This document shows positions 9,555 through 19,894 of a DNA stretch of 39,317 nt, piece after piece. Below the pieces are notes generated by a model that was not told the DNA's origin, ran no database searches, and saw only the letters and a program-made list of their open reading frames with translations. The stretch comes from Betaproteobacteria bacterium. GTDB lineage: Bacteria; Pseudomonadota; Gammaproteobacteria; Burkholderiales; Rhodocyclaceae. Where the stretch lies: positions 1-39,317 of the forward strand of contig WRNU01000002.1 in the NCBI GenBank assembly GCA_009776435.1. Direction: 5' to 3'. The position numbers and the translations under genes are program-made. Position 1 is the stretch's first letter. Every line of letters begins with the position of its first letter.

Positions 9555-10409
9555 TTAGCCATGAAAGGCTTCGACCTTACGGCCCACCATGAAGATGTTG
9601 GTCGAAATGCGGTTCACCGGCCACAGCCGCTCTAGTACGCCATTCATGGAGAAGAGACGCTCCACCAGTGTGTTAGCAAACGGCAGATCGAAGATGCCTC
9701 CCTTTGGACTCGACAGCGTTGGAATCATTTGGTGATAGCCGTAGCGCATGGGCCTGAACCCATGGTGCATGAACATGTAGTGGATTTCCTGGAGCGAATA
9801 CAAGCGGAGGTGATGCGGATTTTTCAGCCGACGATTCAGCCATTCCGTATATGAAAGCTTGTTTGGTAGCATAGTCATGATGAAATGACCGCCTGGGCGG
9901 ATGATTCGATACAATTCCTTCAGCGATTCGGAGTCATTGGCCACATGCTCAAGTACACCGCTACCAAAGACTGCGTCAAACTGGTTGTCTTCGTATGGCA
10001 ATCGCCAAGCGTGTGTCAACTGTGAATATTGCAGATCTGCAAAGTCATAGAACGCCTTGTATGATCCTTCGTCGACATCGCAGCCGTAGAGTTTCACGGC
10101 GCCGCCGCGAAGCATACGCACCATGCAGGCATCTGCAGCATGACGGCAACCCCAGTCCAGAAACGTTTCCACATCCAACAGGAAGTCCTGGCAGCGCTCG
10201 AAGATGCTGATTTGCCGCCGAATCAAAGCCCGGTTGCGGGAATGGGAGTGCAAATAGTCGTCGTGCGCCAGTTGCAACTGCTGCATGTAGAGGCGCACGA
10301 GTTCCGCCTCATATTCGGCCGGCGTTGCGTGTGTGTGAGGAAAAGCGTTCAATTTCTGACTCCTTGTCAGCATTTTGTAACTAATCAAGTCCTTCGCAGA
10401 GTATACCAT
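9555..10409 (-). CDS. Class I SAM-dependent methyltransferase
   Basis: LDWGC motif I, LPYEDNQFD, VLEHV and RIIRPGG. Confidence 0.85.
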   Translation of the reverse strand: MVYSAKDLISYKMLTRSQKLNAFPHTHATPAEYEAELVRLYMQQLQLAHDDYLHSHSRNRALIRRQISIFERCQDFLLDVETFLDWGCRHAADACMVRMLRGGAVKLYGCDVDEGSYKAFYDFADLQYSQLTHAWRLPYEDNQFDAVFGSGVLEHVANDSESLKELYRIIRPGGHFIMTMLPNKLSYTEWLNRRLKNPHHLRLYSLQEIHYMFMHHGFRPMRYGYHQMIPTLSSPKGGIFDLPFANTLVERLFSMNGVLERLWPVNRISTNIFMVGRKVEAFHG

Positions 10410-10571
10410 GATACGACAGAGAAATAAAGTTTAGCCGCTTCAGCCACTATTTCCCTGTATCTGTGATGCGGATACCGTTTCCGATAGTCAACCCTCATTT
10501 AACCCCCCTAAACACCCTGTACTGCACATGCGACTGAAGGATAATGGTCATTGCACTGGGCTAGTCTTGAA

Positions 10572-11651
10572 CTATCTTTTTAATACTTTTTTCTCCAAAA
10601 AGTGCCACGACAGGTATGAGATGCTGAATACTAAGCCTAGCACCACCAGTAATGTAACATCCTTATTTAGCTTAAAATATCCTAATGAAGTCAGTATTTG
10701 TATTATTGGAAAATGAAAAATATAGACTCCGTAAGAATAATCTCCTATTTTTCCTATACCGTTTAGTCTTTTGAAATTAAATCCAATGTACATCACTATT
10801 ACACCTAAGCCAATGGGTAATAAATACCAGTTACCTAGTGCGTAATAAATGGCCACTATAATTATCGCCGGAACAACTAAGTACTTTTCGTACTTTCTTA
10901 TTAATTCATAGTTGACCGCACAGAATATTCCGACGGCAAAGTATTGTATAGCTCCAGGCAGTTGACGCGAAAGTTCTACAAAAATTTTGTTCCCACTTTT
11001 TTCGGCAATATGCAAGCAGAGAAATTTGTACGCCAAACCAAAAACATATAAAAAACACAAAAGTAAATTCATTCGAAATTTTGTTTTCAGCTTACTCATC
11101 AGATGACCTATGATAGGCAATATTACATAAAAACAGACTTCTACTTTTATTGTCCATAACGAACCATTTACTGCCTGAAGTCTATTTTCGGCAAAAACTC
11201 CTGGCAGTGAAGGCTGTAAGAAATTCAAAAATATAATATTTGAGAAAAAATATTTTATTGTTTGGCTTGACTTAAAATAATCGGATGTCGACAGGCTTGA
11301 ATAATATGATAAAAAAACAATGCAACCAATTACCACAATAAAATAGGCTGGCAATAACCTTTTAGATCGCCTTATATAGTAATCTTTTAAAGAGGGTGAT
11401 GACCAATAACTTCTTATTATCAAAAATCCGCTTATGATAAAAAAACCATATACTGCAATCTCACCATCGAAAAATTTTGAAAAAGGATAAGAACTTCCCG
11501 ATAGCTCTGCTGAATGAAAAAACACGACCATATACGCAAGAAAAAGCCGTAAAAAATTAATATTGTTGTCTTTGCTGATGCGGTCATGAACACACGCGGG
11601 TGCCTTCCACGTTGTCGCTTTTTTGATATTGTTATCAATAGATTCCATCAT
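10572..11651 (-). CDS. Acyltransferase family 3 (polysaccharide O-acyltransferase)
   Basis: LR..LA..VVFFH, FFIISGFLI, RRSKRLLP, NGSLWTI.VE..FY, SYGVYIFH and SWHFLEK; AT-rich. Confidence 0.9.
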   Translation of the reverse strand: MMESIDNNIKKATTWKAPACVHDRISKDNNINFLRLFLAYMVVFFHSAELSGSSYPFSKFFDGEIAVYGFFIISGFLIIRSYWSSPSLKDYYIRRSKRLLPAYFIVVIGCIVFLSYYSSLSTSDYFKSSQTIKYFFSNIIFLNFLQPSLPGVFAENRLQAVNGSLWTIKVEVCFYVILPIIGHLMSKLKTKFRMNLLLCFLYVFGLAYKFLCLHIAEKSGNKIFVELSRQLPGAIQYFAVGIFCAVNYELIRKYEKYLVVPAIIIVAIYYALGNWYLLPIGLGVIVMYIGFNFKRLNGIGKIGDYSYGVYIFHFPIIQILTSLGYFKLNKDVTLLVVLGLVFSISYLSWHFLEKKVLKR

Positions 11652-11713
11652 GCCTCCAGCCTCAGATATTTATAGTATAACATATGTGCTAACGGTCAAC
11701 GCCGGAGGTTATG

Positions 11714-13045
11714 TCAGGTTTTGAGGAGTATTCGTCCAATGTTGTCGGAATTGTGCTGAACTTTCTCAAGAGAAGGGCGTTCTTGGGGCAAATTTTTACG
11801 TAAAACTGATGCAATACTCAAGTGAACTATATAAAATATAGCGCTTGCTGCATTAAGCAAATATTGATTTGTGAAGCCGCTTATAACGTAGGAAAATAGA
11901 AAAAGCGCTAACATATAATGGTCTAGGGATCGCTTTCCTCTAAAGATGCCATAAAAAAGAAGGAGGATAAGAAAAAGCAGAAAAGAAATGCCGAATATTC
12001 CGAATTTTGCAAGAAAGCTAACCCATTGCACTTCATAAATATACGGCATCCCTGCTAATCTAATATAGTCTTTTGCGTAGTAACCGAATCCGCCTCCCAG
12101 AAAGGGGGTCTTTCTCCATGCTTCCATAAGAGCATTCGTTTGATCTATACGTATTCCGTCACTGTACTCAGCTTTGTCGCTTGTAAACCTTTCTTCAAAT
12201 ATCTCTACCGTCCAATTAGACATAGCGATCATGGCAACTATTACTACTAATACAAGAAGGAATCGCTGTTTGAAAGAATACCTGAAAAAGAAGATGTATA
12301 TCCAAGAGAACGCAACCATAGCAAACAGGAAGCGAGAAAAAGAAAAAATAAGACAGGCAATTCCGGATATGAAAAATGCTCTGCGGAATAAGACAGGGAC
12401 TCTTGAGAAAGCCGATGGGAAACACGGGATAAAAAACAGGAAAGCAGCGGACATAAAATCAGGAACGATAAAATTGATTCTATATAAATTGCCATACACT
12501 TTGCCTGCGACAGGTGGGTAGTTAAGATATTGTATAAAAAAATTCCGTATGTTTTCAAATGGCACTATTCCAAAAGACGCTAATATTCCAGCGCAGCTTT
12601 TCCATAACGTAAAAAGGAATAGTCCATAAAAAACATAAGAGATAATTTCTTCGTCTTCCACTATATGCATTGACCTTGCCATGAGCAGAGAAAATGCTAC
12701 AGCCATTGTAGTAAAGAATATTAAGCCTTCAGACAGTACATAGTAAGGATGGGTAAAATCCTCAAAAGTTCCTAGAAGTAGGAAAAACACAACAAATATA
12801 CTCGATATGATAAGTAACATAATTATCACTATATTTATTTTTGAGCCTCTTATCCATTGAATTAACATCAGGAAGAGAAATGATGCAAACGCAAGATGCT
12901 TTACTGGAACGCCCAAAAAATTAGCACTAGGAAGAGTTACAGATGTGATGATTAAAAATGCAAGAAATGCTTTTATAGGTAATATACTGCGTGTTTTTAT
13001 ATCGCTTCCTGATGAGTGCTCTTTGTTAGAAAATTTATTTTCCAT
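11714..13045 (-). CDS. Wzy-like polysaccharide polymerase / O-antigen ligase family
   Basis: Very hydrophobic, Phe-rich and AT-rich, with FSR, S..IR, PFLGGGFG and FGIFG motifs; lies in a wzx-containing cluster. The start (13045 vs 13060) is uncertain. Confidence 0.7.
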   Translation of the reverse strand: MENKFSNKEHSSGSDIKTRSILPIKAFLAFLIITSVTLPSANFLGVPVKHLAFASFLFLMLIQWIRGSKINIVIIMLLIISSIFVVFFLLLGTFEDFTHPYYVLSEGLIFFTTMAVAFSLLMARSMHIVEDEEIISYVFYGLFLFTLWKSCAGILASFGIVPFENIRNFFIQYLNYPPVAGKVYGNLYRINFIVPDFMSAAFLFFIPCFPSAFSRVPVLFRRAFFISGIACLIFSFSRFLFAMVAFSWIYIFFFRYSFKQRFLLVLVVIVAMIAMSNWTVEIFEERFTSDKAEYSDGIRIDQTNALMEAWRKTPFLGGGFGYYAKDYIRLAGMPYIYEVQWVSFLAKFGIFGISFLLFLILLLFYGIFRGKRSLDHYMLALFLFSYVISGFTNQYLLNAASAIFYIVHLSIASVLRKNLPQERPSLEKVQHNSDNIGRILLKT

Positions 13046-13083
13046 AGCAGAACGTTTCAATAAGGAAGTAATAATTACGTTGT

Positions 13084-13806
13084 CTATAATTCTGAGGATT
13101 TATCTGCGATTTCTACACTTTGTGATCCGATAGAACCGATTAATGTTTTTTTGGCAGCAGGAGTTAGCGATGATATTAACGCTTGAATAAATTGATTCTG
13201 AAGAGAAATCGAATCTTCTGTATTTTGATTTATTTCGGATACACGAAAAAGAATGCCATCAGGAATGCGTCCTGTGAGTCCGTAACTGACTCGTGCAAAA
13301 GTCTGCTCAACTGCCCCCCGCACCAGTGAATCCCCTACTCGTATCCAGTAAGTTACCGGCTCATAACGGCTTCCGTACTGTGCTACGACCCTCATGACCG
13401 GGAGTTCCACCGAATCAAAGGAAATGGCATCTTTCCATTTGCCGGTTATCTGAAATCCTTGTGAAGGATAGCAAACCTCCGGTCTATGAATCCTGCTGTC
13501 ATTTGACTGGTTTTCGCCGTAGGCTAGCGACAACATGATGCGACGACCGTTGCCGTTGACATAGCTGCGGGACAGTACCTGTGAGTAGAGCTTGTCCAGA
13601 GTTTTCTGTGCCTGCGGGTTGACGATAGCCTGGAGGCCCTCTTCAATCATCCGCCAGTCGCCGAACTGACGGGGAATGAGGGCTTCAAGATTAAGTTGCT
13701 CGGCTTTGACGACGACGTACCGGGTCGGTGTGAGTGCAACCGATAGCGCGTAAGCACTCAGCATGAGCACAGCTAAGACAACGGCGCGACGGGTGAAGGA
13801 TGTCAT
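13084..13806 (-). CDS. epsI: Exosortase-associated EpsI family protein (B-type)
   Basis: N-terminal anchor, IPRQFGDW, HRPEVCYPSQGF, EPVTYW and PDGILFRVS. Confidence 0.85.
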   Translation of the reverse strand: MTSFTRRAVVLAVLMLSAYALSVALTPTRYVVVKAEQLNLEALIPRQFGDWRMIEEGLQAIVNPQAQKTLDKLYSQVLSRSYVNGNGRRIMLSLAYGENQSNDSRIHRPEVCYPSQGFQITGKWKDAISFDSVELPVMRVVAQYGSRYEPVTYWIRVGDSLVRGAVEQTFARVSYGLTGRIPDGILFRVSEINQNTEDSISLQNQFIQALISSLTPAAKKTLIGSIGSQSVEIADKSSEL

Positions 13807-14047
13807 GCGAACTGTTAATGTACGTATTGACGAAAAAATTTTGGGGAGTCACATTCCCCCGAATCAGCAAGTTGCACTCTGAGAATTGTGACCTCGTGAA
13901 GTCTTGATTAAAACACATTTCGTCACAAGGTGGGGTTTGTCCTATGGGACGATACACGTATCCTTTATGCAACAGCGTGGCGCGGTATCGCACAATGCGC
14001 TAGCATCACGCGCCTTGTTTGCATGTGCTTGGGATGGAGGTGTTTCC

Positions 14048-15121
14048 ATGATTTTGGTGACAGGTGGGGCGGGATTCATAGGCGGCAACTTCGTTCTCGA
14101 CTGGTTGGCGAAAAACGGTGAGCCGGTGCTCAATCTGGATGTGTTGACTTACGCAGGCAACCTGGAGACGTTGGAGACGGTGATGGACGATCCGCGCCAC
14201 GTGTTCGTGCAGGGAGACATCTGCGACCGTAACCTGCTTGACGGGGTGCTTGAGAAGTATCGTCCCCGCGCGATTGTGCACTTTGCTGCAGAGAGCCATG
14301 TCGATCGGTCGATTCACGGGCCCGGCGAGTTCATCCGTACCAATATCGAAGGCACGTTCAGCCTGCTCGAAGCGGCGCGTGCCTACTGGAATACGCTGGA
14401 GGGAGCGGAACGGGATGCTTTCCGCTTTCTGCATGTGAGCACGGACGAGGTGTTTGGCTCCCTTGCGGCGGAGGATGCGCCGTTTACAGAGGAGAATCCG
14501 TATCGGCCCAACAGCCCGTATGCAGCAAGCAAGGCGGCGTCTGACCATCTGGCGCGGGCCTGGTTCCATACCTACGGATTGCCGGTGGTGACGTCGAATT
14601 GCTCGAACAACTACGGCCCCTACCAGTTTCCGGAAAAACTGATTCCGCTGACCATCGTCAATGCGTTCGCAGGCAAACCCCTGCCGGTGTACGGCGACGG
14701 CCTGAATATACGCGACTGGCTCTTCGTGAGCGACCATTGTCGCGCGCTGTGCACCGTGCTTGCGCAGGGGCGGCCGGGGGAAACCTACAACATAGGAGGC
14801 GGAAACGAGAGAACCAATATCGACATCGTGCGCATGGTCTGCAATCTGCTCGACGAGCTCTGGCCTGATGAAGCGGCTGGCCGCCGTGATCGACTGATTA
14901 CGTTCGTGACCGACCGTCCGGGGCATGACCGTCGATACGCGATCGACACGCGCAAGATCGAACGAGAGCTTGGCTGGCGACCCGCAGAGACTTTCGAGAG
15001 TGGTCTGCGCAAGACCGTGCAATGGTATCTTGCGCATCCGCGCTGGGTGGCTGATGTGCAGAGCGGAGCTTATCGTAACTGGATGGCTGTGCAATACGGT
15101 ATGAAAGATGGTGCGATGTAA
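14048..15121 (+). CDS. rmlB: dTDP-glucose 4,6-dehydratase
   Basis: [21 protein letters not shown] and YAASK; a GGAGG RBS precedes ATG 14048. Confidence 0.97.
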   Translation: MILVTGGAGFIGGNFVLDWLAKNGEPVLNLDVLTYAGNLETLETVMDDPRHVFVQGDICDRNLLDGVLEKYRPRAIVHFAAESHVDRSIHGPGEFIRTNIEGTFSLLEAARAYWNTLEGAERDAFRFLHVSTDEVFGSLAAEDAPFTEENPYRPNSPYAASKAASDHLARAWFHTYGLPVVTSNCSNNYGPYQFPEKLIPLTIVNAFAGKPLPVYGDGLNIRDWLFVSDHCRALCTVLAQGRPGETYNIGGGNERTNIDIVRMVCNLLDELWPDEAAGRRDRLITFVTDRPGHDRRYAIDTRKIERELGWRPAETFESGLRKTVQWYLAHPRWVADVQSGAYRNWMAVQYGMKDGAM

Positions 15122-15219
15122 CGTATAGTGATGCACGGAAAATGGCTCGAAGGAATTCTTTCCTCTGGGTACTTTGTCTTGCGCGTTAGCGTAGCCCGCA
15201 GGGCATCCGTGGGGGAAAA

Positions 15220-16122
15220 ATGAAGATTTTGCTTTTTGGCAAGGATGGTCAAGTTGGTTGGGAATTACAGCGCACGCTTGCGCCGCTCGGTGAGGTGGTG
15301 GCGTTGGATCAGGACGGTGGGGAAGGGCTTGTCGGCGATTTGACTGATGAAGCGGGTTTGCGGGCTACAGTGGCGGCGGTTTCGCCTGATGTGATCGTCA
15401 ATGCCGCTGGCTATACTGCCGTCGACCGCGCCGAGAGCGAACCTGAGCTTGCACATCGTGTCAATGCTGCTGCGCTTGGCGTACTCGCCGGAGAAGCTGC
15501 TGCGCGCGGCATCTGGCTCGTGCACTATTCGACCGATTATGTGTTTGACGGTAGCGGCGAGCGCCCGTGGCGTGAGGATGATCCGACCGGGCCGCTTTCA
15601 GTCTACGGTCAGAGCAAGCTTGCGGGCGAAGAGGCGATTCGGGCGAGTCACTGCCGTCATTTGATTTTGCGTGCTTCATGGGTCTATTCCATGCACGGCA
15701 ACAATTTCGCTCGCACCATGCTGCGACTGGCGGCTGAACGTGATCGTTTGACGGTCGTCAGCGACCAGATCGGCGCGCCAACCGGAGCCGAATTGCTTGC
15801 CGATGTGACGGCCCATCTCGTGCGTAGTGTCCTGACCGTGGATCATCCTGGCGGTCTGTATCATCTCACCGCAGCGGGGGAGACGAGTTGGCATGCTTAC
15901 GCCTGCTTCGTCATCGATGAAGCCCGTCGCCGAAGCATTGAACTCAAGGCTAAGGAGATCGTGCCAATTCGTTCAGTCGATTGGTCTGCGCCCGCCGTGC
16001 GTCCTCTGAATTCACGCCTCGATACCACACGGCTGCGGACCGATTTTGGCCTCCATTTGCCTGATTGGCAATTTGGAGTGATGCGGCTGCTGGATGAAAT
16101 CCTGGATTCCGTATTACCATAA
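15220..16122 (+). CDS. rmlD: dTDP-4-dehydrorhamnose reductase
   Basis: [23 protein letters not shown] and YGQSK. Confidence 0.97.
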   Translation: MKILLFGKDGQVGWELQRTLAPLGEVVALDQDGGEGLVGDLTDEAGLRATVAAVSPDVIVNAAGYTAVDRAESEPELAHRVNAAALGVLAGEAAARGIWLVHYSTDYVFDGSGERPWREDDPTGPLSVYGQSKLAGEEAIRASHCRHLILRASWVYSMHGNNFARTMLRLAAERDRLTVVSDQIGAPTGAELLADVTAHLVRSVLTVDHPGGLYHLTAAGETSWHAYACFVIDEARRRSIELKAKEIVPIRSVDWSAPAVRPLNSRLDTTRLRTDFGLHLPDWQFGVMRLLDEILDSVLP

Positions 16123-16126
16123 TAGG

Positions 16127-17011
16127 ATGAAAGCACGTAAAGGCATCCTCCTTGCCGGCGGTTCCGGAACCCGCCTGCATCCGGCCACACTGGCCGTATC
16201 CAAGCAGTTGCTGCCGATCTACGATAAACCGATGGTTTATTACCCGCTCTCGACGCTGATGCTCGCGGGTATCCGGGATATTCTCGTGATCTCCACGCCG
16301 CAGGACACCCCGCGCTTCGAGCAGTTGCTCGGCGGCGGTGAACAGTGGGGGGTGAATCTCTCCTACGCGGTACAACCGAGCCCGGACGGGTTGGCGCAGG
16401 CTTTCATCATCGGCAGGGACTTTGTCGGTGATGCGCCATCGGCGCTGGTGCTGGGTGACAATCTTTTTTATGGTCACGATTTGGCGACCGATTTGATCCG
16501 GGCTAATGCGCGATCATTGGGCGCAACGGTGTTCGCCTATCCGGTAAACGATCCCGAACGCTACGGCGTGGTGGAGTTCGATTCTGACGGTCGTGCCGTG
16601 AGCCTGGAAGAGAAACCGGCTCGCCCCAAGAGTCGTTACGCGGTGACGGGACTCTATTTCTACGACAACAGGGTGGTTGATATTGCCGCCGGGTTGAAGC
16701 CCAGCGCGCGCGGGGAGTTGGAAATTACTGACGTCAACTCACAATACCTGGCCTGGGGCGAACTCGACGTGCAGGTCATGGGACGCGGCCATGCCTGGCT
16801 CGATACCGGAACGCACGAAAGCTTGCTGGAGGCGGGTCTTTTCATCCAGACCATCGAGAAGCGCCAGGGACTCATGGTGTCCTGTCCGGAAGAGATTGCC
16901 TGGCGGGCGAGTTGGATCGGCGATGAAGATCTCATGCGTCTGGCAGCTCCGTTGGCGAAGAACGACTATGGCCGCTACCTGCAACGCCTGCTTGAAGACC
17001 GGGTGTTTTGA
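16127..17011 (+). CDS. rmlA: Glucose-1-phosphate thymidylyltransferase
   Basis: [24 protein letters not shown] and WLDTGT. Confidence 0.97.
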   Translation: MKARKGILLAGGSGTRLHPATLAVSKQLLPIYDKPMVYYPLSTLMLAGIRDILVISTPQDTPRFEQLLGGGEQWGVNLSYAVQPSPDGLAQAFIIGRDFVGDAPSALVLGDNLFYGHDLATDLIRANARSLGATVFAYPVNDPERYGVVEFDSDGRAVSLEEKPARPKSRYAVTGLYFYDNRVVDIAAGLKPSARGELEITDVNSQYLAWGELDVQVMGRGHAWLDTGTHESLLEAGLFIQTIEKRQGLMVSCPEEIAWRASWIGDEDLMRLAAPLAKNDYGRYLQRLLEDRVF

Positions 17012-17012
17012 T

Positions 17013-17123
17013 CCAAAACAATCTCCGGTTTGAAACCTTCCCTTTTAGGGGATAATCAGACACGGGAGGGGTGTAACCTCTTCCGTGCTATGTCGTCCGG
17101 CTGAACCGGACGTGGATTGAAAC
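17013..17123 (+). repeat. Copy 1 of a structured 111-bp interspersed element ending in a 32-bp type I-C-like repeat (17092-17123)
   Basis: Aligns along its whole length with 35504-35609, forms three hairpins, and has AT on both sides. Confidence 0.9.
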
Positions 17124-17678
17124 ATGAATGTCATTCCCGCTGCATTGCCTGGTGTGTTGATTCTCGAACCGAAAGTGTTTGGCGATGCGCGCGGTTTTTT
17201 CCTTGAGAGTTACAACGCGCGCGTATTCCGCGAAGCAACTGGACTCGATCCGGTTTTCGTGCAGGACAATCATTCGCATTCGATGCGCGGCGTGTTGCGG
17301 GGGCTACACTATCAAGTTCGGCAACCACAGGGCAAGCTCGTCAGAGTGACTCATGGGCGGGTGTTCGATGTGGCGGTGGATGTGCGCCGGGATTCCCCGC
17401 ATTTTGGCCGCTGGACGGGCGTCGAGCTTGACGGGGACTCACATCGCATGTTCTGGATTCCGCCCGGTTTTGCGCATGCGTTCGTTGTTTTGAGCGAAAG
17501 CGTCGATTTCATGTATAAAGCCACCGATTACTACGCGCCGGAACATGAACGCTGCATTCTCTGGAACGATCCGGACATCGCCATCGAGTGGCCGCTGGCG
17601 GGATTGGGCGAACCCTTGTTATCTGAAAAAGACAGGGTAGGGCGGTTGCTGAAAGATGCCGAGGTTTGCGATCTGTAG
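17124..17678 (+). CDS. rmlC: dTDP-4-dehydrorhamnose 3,5-epimerase
   Basis: DARGFF.E, QDNHS, VLRGLHYQ and PPGFAH. Confidence 0.97.
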   Translation: MNVIPAALPGVLILEPKVFGDARGFFLESYNARVFREATGLDPVFVQDNHSHSMRGVLRGLHYQVRQPQGKLVRVTHGRVFDVAVDVRRDSPHFGRWTGVELDGDSHRMFWIPPGFAHAFVVLSESVDFMYKATDYYAPEHERCILWNDPDIAIEWPLAGLGEPLLSEKDRVGRLLKDAEVCDL

Positions 17679-17695
17679 GGTTCGTGTCCGGGTGA

Positions 17696-19162
17696 ATGAG
17701 GAGAAATGATAAATTGACAATTAGAACGGTTATTCTTTCCGGCGGTTCGGGAACCCGACTATGGCCGGCTTCACGCGAGGCTTATCCCAAGCAACTCTTG
17801 CCGTTGACCGGCGAACGTTCCCTGTTGCAGGAGACGATGGCAAGGCTCGAAGGTTTTGGCGGCGCGGGCGAAATTGATCCACGCCTGCTGGTGGTGAGCA
17901 ACGAGAAATATCGCTTCATCATTGCCGAACAGCTTCGCCAGATCGGTGTGAAAGAGGCGTGCATCCTGCTTGAACCCATTGGACGCAATACCGCGCCTGC
18001 CGTCACCCTGGCGGCGCTGGAGGCAGGCGCTACCGGCGAAGATCCCGTGTTGCTGGTCATGCCGGCCGACCATATCATCAACGATCGCGTCGCCTTCCAG
18101 CAGGCCATTGTCGAAGGCGCGCGTCAGGCCGAGGCTGGCGCGCTGGTATGCTTCGGCGTCGTGCCCGAACGCGCGGAAACCGGCTATGGCTATATCCGCG
18201 CGGGTGACGCCGTCTCCGGGAGCAGGGCGCGGGAGTTGGCTGAATTCGTCGAAAAACCCGATGCTGATACCGCCGCGCGCTATGTTGCCAGCGGCGCGTA
18301 TTTCTGGAACAGCGGTATTTTCATGTTTCGTGCCTCGGTATGGTTGGCGGCGCTCGCGCATTTTCGGCCTGATATTGATCGGGCGTGCCGCGACGCTCAT
18401 GTCGGGCGTGCGAAGGATGTCGATTTTCTGCGCGTGGAACGCGCCGCTTTCGAGGCGTGTCCTTCCGACTCCATTGACTACGCGGTGATGGAAAAACTGC
18501 GGACTGCGCCGCAACTGGGGCAGGGCGTGGTTGTGCCGCTGGCTGCCGCCTGGTCGGATGTGGGGGCGTGGGACGCGCTCTGGGCGGTGTCGCCGCATGA
18601 TGTCGACGGCAACGTCACGCGGGGGGATGTACTCCTGCACGATAGCCACGATACGCTCGTCTACGCCAGTCATCGACTGGTGGCGGCTCTCGGTTGTGAA
18701 GACATGGTGGTGGTGGAAACGGCCGATGCCGTGCTGGTGACCCCGAAAAACAACGCTCAGAATGTCAAGAAAGTGGTCGAGCGCCTCAAGGCAGAAGGGC
18801 GTAGCCACGGCCACCACCATCGCAAGGTGTTTCGTCCCTGGGGATGGTATGACTCCATTGATAGCGGAGAACGCTTTCAGGTCAAGCGCATCGTGGTCAA
18901 TCCGGGCGCAAGCCTGTCCCTGCAAATGCACCATCATCGCGCCGAGCACTGGATCGTGGTGCGAGGGACGGCCGAGGTGCAGTGCGGTGAAAAAACTTTC
19001 CTTCTCGGTGAAAACGAATCGACCTATATCCCGCTGGGCATTCGTCACCGCTTGAGCAATCCGGGATGCCTGCCGCTTGAGATCATCGAGGTGCAGTCCG
19101 GCAGCTATCTGGGCGAGGATGACATCGTTCGTTTCGAGGATGTTTACGGGCGTATGCAGTAA
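17696..19162 (+). CDS. manC: Mannose-1-phosphate guanylyltransferase/mannose-6-phosphate isomerase
   Basis: GGSGTRLWP.SR, GRNTAPA, FVEKP, SIDYAVME and the cupin motif SLQMHHHRAEHW. Confidence 0.97.
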   Translation: MRRNDKLTIRTVILSGGSGTRLWPASREAYPKQLLPLTGERSLLQETMARLEGFGGAGEIDPRLLVVSNEKYRFIIAEQLRQIGVKEACILLEPIGRNTAPAVTLAALEAGATGEDPVLLVMPADHIINDRVAFQQAIVEGARQAEAGALVCFGVVPERAETGYGYIRAGDAVSGSRARELAEFVEKPDADTAARYVASGAYFWNSGIFMFRASVWLAALAHFRPDIDRACRDAHVGRAKDVDFLRVERAAFEACPSDSIDYAVMEKLRTAPQLGQGVVVPLAAAWSDVGAWDALWAVSPHDVDGNVTRGDVLLHDSHDTLVYASHRLVAALGCEDMVVVETADAVLVTPKNNAQNVKKVVERLKAEGRSHGHHHRKVFRPWGWYDSIDSGERFQVKRIVVNPGASLSLQMHHHRAEHWIVVRGTAEVQCGEKTFLLGENESTYIPLGIRHRLSNPGCLPLEIIEVQSGSYLGEDDIVRFEDVYGRMQ

Positions 19163-19185
19163 CTGAAGGTGTATGCGAGTTCGCC

Positions 19186-19497
19186 ATGTTATCCATCTTT
19201 GATATTCTCGCCGAACAGCGCATTGCCGAGGCCGAGCGCCGAGGCGAATTCAAGCATTTGCCGGGGATGGGACAACCACTGGTTTTCGACGATGAACCTT
19301 TTTTGTCGCCTGAGCAGCGCATGACGAACAAAATTCTGAAAAATGCCGGTTTTACGCCACGGGAAGTATTGCTGCGCCGAGAACTGGCCGCCCTGCGCGA
19401 CGAAATAGCCCTATTGCCCGACGGATCATACCGCGCCGAACTTCAGCGTCGTCGCGCTTGGCTAATGAGTGTACTGATCACATCTACCACACGCTGA
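19186..19497 (+). CDS. DUF1992 domain-containing protein
   Basis: LAEQRI.EA..RGEF..LPG.G.PL and ILKNAGF.P signature. Confidence 0.85.
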   Translation: MLSIFDILAEQRIAEAERRGEFKHLPGMGQPLVFDDEPFLSPEQRMTNKILKNAGFTPREVLLRRELAALRDEIALLPDGSYRAELQRRRAWLMSVLITSTTR

Positions 19498-19555
19498 ACA
19501 GTGAACCCGAAGTGCTCAAAAAATTTCCCTGCCGAAGCCGGTACGCAGAAGGTGT
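19479..19555 (-). pseudogene. Decayed duplicate of the tkt 3' end (left boundary of the CRISPR island)
   Basis: 66/77 nt identical to 27349-27425 without gaps. It translates as [25 protein letters not shown] versus Tkt [25 protein letters not shown]. Confidence 0.93.
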
Positions 19556-19573
19556 GGGGGGCACGTTTTCCTG

Positions 19574-19882
19574 TCACACAGTGGCATGTCCTGGCGCATA
19601 ACGCTGGATGCGTGCTAATGTTTCAGCGAGCGCATCGCGTGCGCGGGCGGTGTCGTAGTCGGCCTGAAGACCACTCCAGAAACCGTCGCTCATGCCAAAA
19701 AAGGCAGACAGACGCAAACCTGTGTCAACAGTAACGGCTCTCTTCCCTGCAACGATTTCGCTGATACGCCGCTGAGGAACGCCGATTTCCTTCGCTAGCC
19801 GGTACTGGCTGATACCCAGTGGCTTCAAAAACTCTTCCAGCAGAATTTCGCCGGGATGGGGGTAAGGGATTTCGCGCGGCAT
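19574..19882 (-). CDS. higA: HigA family antitoxin (XRE HTH)
   Basis: HPGEILLEEFL.PLG.SQYRLA...RISEI..GKR...FW..LQ..YD. Confidence 0.93.
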   Translation of the reverse strand: MPREIPYPHPGEILLEEFLKPLGISQYRLAKEIGVPQRRISEIVAGKRAVTVDTGLRLSAFFGMSDGFWSGLQADYDTARARDALAETLARIQRYAPGHATV

Positions 19883-19894
19883 GATTGTTCTCCT

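Noticed and set aside
10410-11713. Acyltransferase as an integron cassette (GTTAGC upstream on the minus strand)
   Set aside because: There is no matching inverse core or attC-like palindrome after the stop codon.
13807-14047. ops/JUMPstart element ahead of the rml or eps operons
   Set aside because: I found no GGCGGTAG-type motif on either strand.
17013-17123. Calling this element a true two-repeat mini CRISPR array because of the upstream GTTTGAAAC
   Set aside because: The would-be spacer is conserved and structured in both copies, and the upstream motif matches only the repeat's tail, so it is better described as one element.
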